From the IMG/VR virus record IMGVR_UViG_3300013126_000014, positions 32,001 through 96,000 of that record: DNA of 64,000 nucleotides. The stretch is one strand, 5' to 3'. The first letter of the stretch is position 1. Every line of letters starts with the position of its first letter. Made by a program: the position numbers and the translations under genes. This stretch comes from a virus. Positions 55,885 to 64,000 of this stretch are shown here, piece after piece. Under the pieces are notes generated by a model. That model searched no databases and was not told the DNA's origin. It saw nothing but the letters and a program-made list of their open reading frames with translations.

Positions 55885-56668
55885 AGGTGTTATATTATTT
55901 GCGTTTAACACTGAAACTATTGACTATGTTAAAATTGCAGATCGCGCAGCTCAATTAGTGCACCGCACCCTTGGTTTGCCTGTTACTTTGGTAACAGATC
56001 AAAATGTCGTTACTGGACATATTGATCAAATAGTTATAATTAAAAATACTCTACAAAACTTTCGAGTTGGGTATGCTGGCGGCACACAATGGCGTAATGG
56101 GAATAGATATCGGGCATATGATCTAAGCCCGTACGACGAAACTATACTGATCGATAGTGATTATCTAATGTTAGATCAAACACTATTAACCATGTTAGAC
56201 TCTACTTTAGATTATAGACTTATACATGAGAATCAAACACCCGACCATTATATGACTAATAGCATGGGCAATACTAGTTTAGATTATGTTTGGGCAACAG
56301 CGATTACATTTAAACGTACAGAACGTAGCCGCCTACTGTTTGAATTGGTCGGACGTATACAGCGAAACTATGAATACTATCGTTGTCTGTATAATATACA
56401 ACAAAGAAACTTTCGCAACGATTATGCGTTTGCTATTGCACACAATATTTTGAACGGATACACCTTGGCTAAAGATCAAAGCATGCCAATTACTATGCTA
56501 ACTATAGAAAATACCGTGCAGGCAATAGAACTAAGAACTAATAATTTAGTAGTACGGCAACCAGGTTATGCACATGTATTACCAAAACAAAATCTACATA
56601 TCATCGACAAGGACTATTTGCTTAGTGAAAACTACGGCAAATTTATAGACATTATATGTCAAAATTAG
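55853..56668 (+). CDS. GT-A-fold glycosyltransferase-like protein
   Basis: GVILFA...DY...A; LSPYDETILIDSD (DxD); RNDYAFAIA. Confidence 0.65.
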   Translation: MKNLNALEKSKGVILFAFNTETIDYVKIADRAAQLVHRTLGLPVTLVTDQNVVTGHIDQIVIIKNTLQNFRVGYAGGTQWRNGNRYRAYDLSPYDETILIDSDYLMLDQTLLTMLDSTLDYRLIHENQTPDHYMTNSMGNTSLDYVWATAITFKRTERSRLLFELVGRIQRNYEYYRCLYNIQQRNFRNDYAFAIAHNILNGYTLAKDQSMPITMLTIENTVQAIELRTNNLVVRQPGYAHVLPKQNLHIIDKDYLLSENYGKFIDIICQN

Positions 56669-57504
56669 AACAGCAAGGGTTTCTAACCATAGCACAGAAT
56701 AACGATACTACAGATTATCTGCGACTTGCTTACGCACAGGCGTTAAGCATTAAATTAACTATGCCTGGCAGTAAGTATGCTGTTCTAGTTGATGCCGTAA
56801 CTATGTCTCAAGTAACTAACAAACATCGCAAGATATTTGATTACGTAATTGAACTACCTATAGACGATGCTGTTGATCAGCAGTGGAAATTGGCCAATGA
56901 ATGGCAGGCCTGTGCTCTGACACCATTTAAAGAAACTATTAAACTTGAAAGTGATATACTGTTTACACGTAGCATCGAACATTGGTGGACTATATTCCGT
57001 TTAAGAAATATTGTAATTAGTTTAGGATGCAAAGATTTTCAAGGCAATCCTGCTGCTAGTAGAAATTATCGTAAGGTGTTTGACGATAATAATCTACCAG
57101 ATGTATACACAGGATTAATGTATTTTAGATACAGTAGTGAAGCATATGAATTTTTTGAAATAGTTAAAGCCTGTTTTCGACATTGGGATATAGTGTCAGC
57201 ACAGTTGAAGAACTATAGAGACACACAACCAACCACGGATCTAGTTTATGCTGTAGCTGCAAATCGCATGGGTTTGGAAACTTGTACGTTGCCCAGCTGT
57301 GATTTTATTAACTTTACGCATATGAAAAACTCAATCAACCTCTGGCCAGAATCTATTCCGTGGTCTGAAATAGTGTTAACAGAAATTGATAGCCCAATGT
57401 TGCGTGTGAATAATACTAATCAATATTACCCATTTCACTATCAGGATAAGGCTTGGATCACAGATGAATTAATAGAGAGATATGAAAATGAGCTCAGAAT
57501 CTGA
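56656..57504 (+). CDS. GT-A-fold glycosyltransferase-like protein (paralogue of the preceding gene)
   Basis: GFLTIA...DYLRLA; LTPFKETIKLESD (ExD); TDLVYAVA; FTHMK. Confidence 0.62.
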   Translation: MSKLEQQGFLTIAQNNDTTDYLRLAYAQALSIKLTMPGSKYAVLVDAVTMSQVTNKHRKIFDYVIELPIDDAVDQQWKLANEWQACALTPFKETIKLESDILFTRSIEHWWTIFRLRNIVISLGCKDFQGNPAASRNYRKVFDDNNLPDVYTGLMYFRYSSEAYEFFEIVKACFRHWDIVSAQLKNYRDTQPTTDLVYAVAANRMGLETCTLPSCDFINFTHMKNSINLWPESIPWSEIVLTEIDSPMLRVNNTNQYYPFHYQDKAWITDELIERYENELRI

Positions 57505-57841
57505 ATTTTTGGCAGCACTACTGGCATTGCAACCTATAGTCGAAGAACCTATAGAATATAGAATTTATTATAATGAAAATGGGCGGATAACTCAATGCAG
57601 CTTGCGAGGGCATCCTAAAGACGGTAACTATCTAGTCGTTACCGCTGAAGAGTATAACAACTATTTTCGCTATACTGTAGTAGAAGGTAGGCTGAAAAGA
57701 ATTGACGTCGAGCATAACTTTCATGTAAAATTAACAAAGGCAGATTGCGGATATAAAGTAGTTAAAAATCACGCCGGTATCTTAATTGAACCAAATGAAA
57801 CCTATAAGTATATAGAATATTATGACAACAGAAATAATTGA
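57482..57841 (+). CDS. Hypothetical protein
   Basis: 119-aa ORF overlapping both neighbours. Confidence 0.7.
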   Translation: MKMSSESEFLAALLALQPIVEEPIEYRIYYNENGRITQCSLRGHPKDGNYLVVTAEEYNNYFRYTVVEGRLKRIDVEHNFHVKLTKADCGYKVVKNHAGILIEPNETYKYIEYYDNRNN

Positions 57842-58718
57842 CGTAGCAGATTTAGATTGTATATATCTGAGTTACGATGAACCTAAAAAAGAAGAGTTCT
57901 GGGTGCAAATACAAAATATTGTACCTTGGGCAAAACGTATAGACGGAGTTAAAGGAAGTGATAGAGCACACAAAGCTGCTGCTTCGGCAAGCGACACTGA
58001 GCGGTTTATTCTTATTGATGGGGACAATATTCCTGATCCTAACTTTTTTAATTTGCAGCTTGGTCTTAATAGCACTAACCGTGACTGTGTGTTTCGTTGG
58101 CGTGCAAAGAACGCGATCAATGGTCTACAGTATGGCAATGGCGGGTTGAGCTGCTGGACCCGTGCATTTGTACAGACTATGCAGACACACGAAGCTAGTG
58201 ATGGATCAGCTGCAAATGATGTAGAGTTTTGTTTCTACCCAAACTATTGGGCCATGCATGACTGCTATTCAACAACCTATCCCGACCAAAGTCCATTTCA
58301 GGCATGGCGGGCAGGTTTCCGCGAAGGTGTTAAGATGTGTTTAGATCGTGGAACAAGACCTAATTTATCAGAGTTTGAACAACGTGTACACAGTCGCAAC
58401 TATGATCATTTATGTATTTGGCAGACCGTGGGTGCAGATGTTGAGAATGGCTTTTGGGCTATATATGGCGCACGTCTTGGGACGTATATGACAATGTTAG
58501 AAGATTGGGATTATCGTAAAGTGCAAGACTTTGATGCGCTTGCATCGCTGTGGAATGTGTACAATAATGCACAACCTGAGCACTGTACTAATATTGGCAA
58601 CGAACTGCGAAACAAATTGGGTTTGCCTATAGTAGATATGGACCCAGAAGAAAGTAAATTTTTTAAACACCATTACAAGAGTAATTTCCGTAATCGAGGA
58701 ATAATGACACGTGAGTAA
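57822..58718 (+). CDS. Glycosyltransferase-like (GT-A) protein
   Basis: LSYDEP...GVKG...AH..AA....ERFILIDGDN (DxD); QAWRAGFRE. Confidence 0.6.
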   Translation: MTTEIIDVADLDCIYLSYDEPKKEEFWVQIQNIVPWAKRIDGVKGSDRAHKAAASASDTERFILIDGDNIPDPNFFNLQLGLNSTNRDCVFRWRAKNAINGLQYGNGGLSCWTRAFVQTMQTHEASDGSAANDVEFCFYPNYWAMHDCYSTTYPDQSPFQAWRAGFREGVKMCLDRGTRPNLSEFEQRVHSRNYDHLCIWQTVGADVENGFWAIYGARLGTYMTMLEDWDYRKVQDFDALASLWNVYNNAQPEHCTNIGNELRNKLGLPIVDMDPEESKFFKHHYKSNFRNRGIMTRE

Positions 58719-60111
58719 AAGCGTGTTTATGTCGGCAGCAGAACAAATGAAGGACCAGTTAGGACCGGCACTCTGCCTGGCCAAGTGGCAACAAGTTAGT
58801 CTACATTTGGGCACCGGTATGACTAATAGTTGTTACCATCCACCGTTGCATGAAATTGATCCTACTCCTTTACTAGCCAATCCTAGTGCGTTACATAATA
58901 CATCTTACAAAAAATCTCAACGTATTATTATGTTAAAGCAAGAACGCCCGGGGGAATGCAGTTATTGCTGGAGTGCAGAAGACAACGGGCACTTGAGTGA
59001 TCGACACTATCGCAGCGGTGAGCCATGGGCCGCAGAACACTTTGACACGATTGTAAACAGCCAAGGCAACGAAGATGTTACACCAAGTTATGTTGAAGTA
59101 AACTTTAGTAATGTATGCAACCTTGCGTGTTCGTATTGTAGTCCGCAGTATTCTACAGAATGGGCAAAGGATGTAGAACGTTGGGGCGCATATCCTACGA
59201 GCAATAAACATAATGATCCGGTTTACTTCCAAGGTCGTCGCAAATCCATTCCGAATCGTGAACACAACCCATATTTAGAAGCATTTTGGCGTTGGTGGCC
59301 CGAATTATATCCTAAATTAAAACACTTCCGTATGACCGGCGGTGAACCTCTTATGGATAAAAACACACACCGCGTGTTTGATTACATTCTAAACAGTTTA
59401 CCAAACAAAGAGCTACATTTAGATGTTACTAGTAACTTTAGTGTAGTTCCTGAGCTGTTTAACCCTTACTTAGAAAAAGTCAAACAATTATGTGAAGGTG
59501 ATTATGTTGAACATTTTATGCAGTATGTAAGTTTAGACAGTGGCGACCCGATGCAGGCCAGTTATATTCGCAGAGGTATGGGCAATCATCGCGTAAACAC
59601 ATACGTCCATCGTTACTTAACACAGATACCTAACCGTAACAGTTTAACCTACATTATTACAATGAGCAACTTAAACATTTTAGGGTTAAAACGCTTACTT
59701 GAGCATATATTAGAATTACGCCAGCTACACAGTCACACCTATCAACGTGTTTGGTTTGATACACCGTTGTTACGTAGCCCAACATGGCAAAGTTTACAAA
59801 TACTCCCACAAAGTTATTGGGAGATATTGGAAGATAGTGTTGTTTTTATGAAACAAAATCAGATGTCCGAAGAAAGTTTTGTAGGATTTAAAGACTACGA
59901 AATACAGCGCATGGAACGTAACCTAGCATGGATGCGTCAAGGACGAGAGTTGGAACCCACATATATAGAACAACAACGGGCTGACTTTTACCGTTTCTTT
60001 AGTGAATATGATAAACGCAGCGAAACACAGGGAATAACAAGTTTCTTAGAAACTTTTCCTGAGATGAAAGATTTTTGGCAAGAGTGCAAATGGCATGCAG
60101 AAAATTCCTAA
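58711..60111 (+). CDS. N-terminal Twitch-domain radical SAM protein 1
   Basis: CLAKW...SCYH...CSYC, then CNLACSYC and GGEP. Confidence 0.9.
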   Translation: MSKSVFMSAAEQMKDQLGPALCLAKWQQVSLHLGTGMTNSCYHPPLHEIDPTPLLANPSALHNTSYKKSQRIIMLKQERPGECSYCWSAEDNGHLSDRHYRSGEPWAAEHFDTIVNSQGNEDVTPSYVEVNFSNVCNLACSYCSPQYSTEWAKDVERWGAYPTSNKHNDPVYFQGRRKSIPNREHNPYLEAFWRWWPELYPKLKHFRMTGGEPLMDKNTHRVFDYILNSLPNKELHLDVTSNFSVVPELFNPYLEKVKQLCEGDYVEHFMQYVSLDSGDPMQASYIRRGMGNHRVNTYVHRYLTQIPNRNSLTYIITMSNLNILGLKRLLEHILELRQLHSHTYQRVWFDTPLLRSPTWQSLQILPQSYWEILEDSVVFMKQNQMSEESFVGFKDYEIQRMERNLAWMRQGRELEPTYIEQQRADFYRFFSEYDKRSETQGITSFLETFPEMKDFWQECKWHAENS

Positions 60112-61228
60112 GACATTTTGTCCTGCCAAATGGGAAGAGATACATGTTAACTTTGGGTTTAATTATGTGTTTGCTTGCTGTAAAGCAACACCGATCCGAT
60201 TTGTTAACAACATCAATGAAGTACTTGGCCCACAACGGCAAAATTTACTAAATGATATACAGGATCCTAGTTGTAATTATTGCTGGTCGATGGAAAATCA
60301 AGGTCATGCGAGTCGCCGGCACGATTACCTGTCAAAGAACAACAACGATATTTCTATCTATAGGGAAAATAAATCTAAAACTAAGATGGTGGAAATTAGT
60401 TTAGGGAACGAGTGTAATTTTCAATGCGGATATTGCAATCCTAAATTTAGTAGCCAATGGGAAAGTGATGTTAATTCAAAAATATATCCAGTATTTACTG
60501 ATAGATTTTTTTATGCGTTAGATGAAAAAAATAAAAATACAATCGTTGATACAGTAAATTGGTTGTCTGAGGTTGAAGATCTAGATACGTTATCTATTGT
60601 TGGCGGCGAACCTTTATTGAATAAAAACTTTTTTAAGATAATTGAAAAAGTTAAATCAAATAAATTGGGATTTGCGACTAATTTATCTTGTAGCCAATTA
60701 AAAATAGATCAAGTATTAGAATTAGCAAATCATTACAGCGATATCAGCTTAAGTGTAAGCATAGATTCTACAGGCGAGCTAGCAGAATTTACTCGTTACG
60801 GCATGAACTGGGATACTATGCGGGATAATTTGTTATACCTTGTGACTAACAGCCCTAAGAATGTAAAAATTAATTTATTATCTCTTATGACAAGTTCTAC
60901 CATAAGAGGACTCAAAGAGATGACTCTCTTTGTTGAAAGACTGTATAATATTAATAACAATCTTGTTTGGCAATTATTTGATTGCAGAGATCCAAAGATA
61001 CATAGCATGTTAACGTTACCAACTGAGATGAAACCAGAAATACTTAAACAGTTGGATATAATAAACACAATGCCAAACACTGAATTTGCAGAATTGGTTC
61101 AAAATAGTATTATTAATAGCAAATTTAATAGAACTATGTATAAAGAATTACAGGAATTTACTAATGAATTTAGCCAACGTAAAAATATAGAGGTACCAGA
61201 ATGCCTAAAAGACCTCAAGAAACCTTAA
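60095..61228 (+). CDS. N-terminal Twitch-domain radical SAM protein 2
   Basis: CPAKW...ACC...CNYC, then CNFQCGYC and GGEP. Confidence 0.9.
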   Translation: MQKIPKTFCPAKWEEIHVNFGFNYVFACCKATPIRFVNNINEVLGPQRQNLLNDIQDPSCNYCWSMENQGHASRRHDYLSKNNNDISIYRENKSKTKMVEISLGNECNFQCGYCNPKFSSQWESDVNSKIYPVFTDRFFYALDEKNKNTIVDTVNWLSEVEDLDTLSIVGGEPLLNKNFFKIIEKVKSNKLGFATNLSCSQLKIDQVLELANHYSDISLSVSIDSTGELAEFTRYGMNWDTMRDNLLYLVTNSPKNVKINLLSLMTSSTIRGLKEMTLFVERLYNINNNLVWQLFDCRDPKIHSMLTLPTEMKPEILKQLDIINTMPNTEFAELVQNSIINSKFNRTMYKELQEFTNEFSQRKNIEVPECLKDLKKP

Positions 61229-62565
61229 TAGAGTATAAAGAACGAGTAATTGATAGTAAGAGTGCTAGCTTCTGTGGTGCTAAGTGGTACAATGCTACTA
61301 TCTGGTTGGGTAGCGGGCAGACTACTAGCTGTCACCATCCCTTGCCACATGCGATCAACGTACAAGAAATTACTTTTAATCCTAAGGCTATTCATAACAC
61401 CAAGGAAAAGAAAGAACAGCGTCGTCAAATGCAAGTAGGTGAGCGACCAGGTGGGTGCGAATACTGCTGGAAACTAGAAGATGCACGTGCATCAAGTGAT
61501 AGAATTTATAAAACAATTATCTACGATGATGTAGATTTAGACTTAGCATACAACACGGATCATAATGAAGACATCAATTTACAAACTTTGGAAATCGCAT
61601 TCGACAGAACTTGTCAGTTTGCTTGTAGCTACTGTAACCCTGCTTTTAGCACTGCCTGGGTTAGAGATATTAAGCGCAATGGAGCCTATGAACATCTCGT
61701 ATCTGACGGACGCAATCACTTTACTCACCCTCATGATAGTAGTCAACTTTTTTCACCTGATGAGATTAACCCTTATGCTGAGGCGTTCTTTGCGTGGTGG
61801 GAATCAGACTTACACAAAACCTTAAAAGAATTACGCATCACAGGCGGCGAACCTTTAATGAGTCCGTACCTGTGGCGATTGATTGATTGGTTTAAAGCAA
61901 ATAGAGGCAAAAGCACTACAAGATTGGCAATTAACAGTAACCTAGGATTTGAACGTGAAAAACTTGAAAGATTATTGGAAGCATGTGAAGGCATTGAGCT
62001 TGACATTTATACAAGCAACGAATCATGGGGTCGCCATGCGGCTTATATACGCGATGGGTTGGATTGGAGTCAATGGGTTAATAATGTACATTATCTCCTT
62101 GAGTCTAAACAGTTGCGTGGACTCCACGTTATGTGTACCATCAATGCCCTATGCTTATTCTCACTAACAGACTTGTTATGGGAAATTGTTGCACTAAAGA
62201 AAAAATACGGTAAAGATTCAATTAATTTTACCCTAAACATCTTACGCTTCCCAAGTTTTCAAAGCCCGCTGATCGTACCCATCGAGTTTAGACTAGAAGC
62301 TTGTCGCAAACTAAAACACTTGTTTGATAATACATATCAAATAGGCAATGCAGCATCTACAGATCAATTACATGAGTTTGAACGTGAACATATTGTTAGA
62401 TTAATAACATATCTCAAAGACGTAGATACGCCACATAGTGGAGCACTAAGTAAGGAAATCTTACAGCGCGACTTTAAAAACTTCTATCAACAATACGACC
62501 AGCGTCGCGGTAAAGACTTTAAATATACTTTTCCAGAACTAAAAGATTGGTACGACACACTTTGA
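61201..62565 (+). CDS. N-terminal Twitch-domain radical SAM protein 3
   Basis: CGAKW...SCHH...CEYC, then CQFACSYC and GGEP. Confidence 0.9.
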   Translation: MPKRPQETLIEYKERVIDSKSASFCGAKWYNATIWLGSGQTTSCHHPLPHAINVQEITFNPKAIHNTKEKKEQRRQMQVGERPGGCEYCWKLEDARASSDRIYKTIIYDDVDLDLAYNTDHNEDINLQTLEIAFDRTCQFACSYCNPAFSTAWVRDIKRNGAYEHLVSDGRNHFTHPHDSSQLFSPDEINPYAEAFFAWWESDLHKTLKELRITGGEPLMSPYLWRLIDWFKANRGKSTTRLAINSNLGFEREKLERLLEACEGIELDIYTSNESWGRHAAYIRDGLDWSQWVNNVHYLLESKQLRGLHVMCTINALCLFSLTDLLWEIVALKKKYGKDSINFTLNILRFPSFQSPLIVPIEFRLEACRKLKHLFDNTYQIGNAASTDQLHEFEREHIVRLITYLKDVDTPHSGALSKEILQRDFKNFYQQYDQRRGKDFKYTFPELKDWYDTL

Positions 62566-63872
62566 GCAAACAAGACGAGTATTACAAGAATCACAACTAT
62601 CACACACGTAAACCAGTTTACATCAGTGAGGATGAACTACGAGCAGACCAGTTAGATCGACTGACTAAAAGTGATACGTTCTGCATGATACCTTGGATTC
62701 ACATGCACGCCTTTCCTGATGGACGTGCTTACCCTTGCTGCCTGAGTGATGACAAATATCCAATTGGTAACTTTAAACAAGATACTATGGCTACTGTTTG
62801 GAATCAAACGGCATATAAACAGATGCGTGTCAACATGCTAAGTGAAAAGCACTGCAAAGAGTGTACTAAATGTTACGAGCAAGAAGCCGCAGGATTTATG
62901 AGTATGCGCAACAGTACCAATAAAAACTTTGGACATCATATTAACCTGGTTGATCAGACATTGGCAGACGGGTCACAGCCGGAGTTTAAATTGCGATACT
63001 ACGACATACGTTTTAGTAACTTGTGTAACTTTACATGCCGCACCTGCGGCGGATGGTTTAGTTCGAGTTGGTACACAGAAGAAGAGGCACTATATGGAAA
63101 ACGAAACTATCCTAAAGTGTTATTTGCCGGTCGCACTGAGTTAGACATGTGGGAGCAAATGGAGCCACATATTCCTTATTTAGAGCAAATTTACTTTGCC
63201 GGCGGCGAACCACTAATGATGGATGAACACTATCGTATTCTAAAAGAATTAGTCAAACGTGAAATGTTTGATGTTAAATTAATCTACAACACAAACTTTA
63301 GCCGCTTACATTTAAAAGATGACAATGTGCTTGACTACTGGAAGTTGTTTAAGAATGTTAGTGTTGGCGCTAGTTTAGATGGTATGGATGCAGTAGGTGA
63401 ATATATACGCAAAGGCACTAAGTGGGATCAGATTGTTCGCAATCGTGAACAAATGCTGTTAGTGACACCCAACACTGACTTTTATGTTAGTTCAACAGTT
63501 AGTTTGTATAATGCTCTTCATGTGCACCACTTTCATCGTTATTGGGCAGATCGAGGATTAGTAAAACCACAAGACTGGAATATTAATATCCTGCAGGGTC
63601 CCAACCGTGATCGTATTGATGTATTACCTGCGGTGTACAAAGAATTAGTAAACGAACAAGTTACTGAACATATTAATTGGCTACAGCCGCAGGATCATTT
63701 AAAACGTGCTACTAGTGGCTATGAAGGTATGTTAAATTTTATGAATGCTACTGATAATAGTCATTTATTAAATGAGTTTTTCCGTGTTAATGACATACAC
63801 GATAAGTATCGTAATGAATCATTTGAACAAGTATTTCTAGAATTAATAGATTTGAGATCCTATGCTACCTGA
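62562..63872 (+). CDS. N-terminal Twitch-domain radical SAM protein 4
   Basis: CMIPW...PCC...CTKC, then CNFTCRTC and GGEP; likely TTG start overlapping the previous TGA. Confidence 0.9.
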   Translation: MSKQDEYYKNHNYHTRKPVYISEDELRADQLDRLTKSDTFCMIPWIHMHAFPDGRAYPCCLSDDKYPIGNFKQDTMATVWNQTAYKQMRVNMLSEKHCKECTKCYEQEAAGFMSMRNSTNKNFGHHINLVDQTLADGSQPEFKLRYYDIRFSNLCNFTCRTCGGWFSSSWYTEEEALYGKRNYPKVLFAGRTELDMWEQMEPHIPYLEQIYFAGGEPLMMDEHYRILKELVKREMFDVKLIYNTNFSRLHLKDDNVLDYWKLFKNVSVGASLDGMDAVGEYIRKGTKWDQIVRNREQMLLVTPNTDFYVSSTVSLYNALHVHHFHRYWADRGLVKPQDWNINILQGPNRDRIDVLPAVYKELVNEQVTEHINWLQPQDHLKRATSGYEGMLNFMNATDNSHLLNEFFRVNDIHDKYRNESFEQVFLELIDLRSYAT

Positions 63873-64000
63873 AAAAATTTGTATGCTACCTTGGATTAGT
63901 ATTGAAACTAGTCCTATAGGCACAGCTCGACCTTGTTGTCTTGCAATTGACGAGATAACCAAACCTGATGGTACTAAGTATAATCTCAGAGAAAATACCT
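63862..64000 (+). CDS. N-terminal Twitch-domain radical SAM protein 5 (truncated by the window)
   Basis: MLPEKICMLPWISIETSPIGTARPCC has the same N-terminal motif as the preceding gene. Confidence 0.8.
   Translation, partial: MLPEKICMLPWISIETSPIGTARPCCLAIDEITKPDGTKYNLRENT

Noticed and set aside
1-64000. Genome-wide TAG reassignment (code 15 type)
   Set aside because: Very long ORFs are intact under the standard code, coding density is near complete and six genes end at TAG; only one in-frame amber was found.
55576-64000. Host-derived island or RiPP cluster with a precursor peptide
   Set aside because: It is contiguous with phage genes with no integrase or att site, and no short precursor peptide, peptidase or transporter is visible; the operon is truncated by the window, so this is not fully excluded.

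Overview
64 kb fragment of a large, AT-rich, T4-like (contractile-tail) phage genome; the host cannot be determined from this window. Minus strand, left: tail-fibre and virion genes, then the head module (gp23 capsid, gp22 core, gp21 protease, gp20 portal) and a tape measure. Minus strand, middle: gp55 late sigma factor and gp47/gp46, interleaved with radical SAM and SDR genes. Plus strand: baseplate module (gp53, hub, gp5, gp25, gp6, a 4322-aa giant), fibre genes, then an operon with its own sigma70 promoter carrying three glycosyltransferase-like genes and at least five tandem N-terminal-Twitch radical SAM genes. Most notable: (1) a perfect amber-suppressor tRNA(CUA) about 900 nt upstream of a late gene whose apparent true start reads ATG-TTA-TAG, in an otherwise standard-code genome, with gp21 also ending in a TAG in frame with gp22; (2) a candidate virion-modification system, pairing the glycosyltransferase/radical SAM operon with a pervasive [AGS]-N-[VILA] motif in fibre proteins; (3) a roughly 350-450 nt highly structured non-coding element behind a GIY-YIG gene; (4) a probable -1 programmed frameshift joining the gp26-like and gp51-like ORFs. 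All family calls come from motif recognition by eye; no database search was run.
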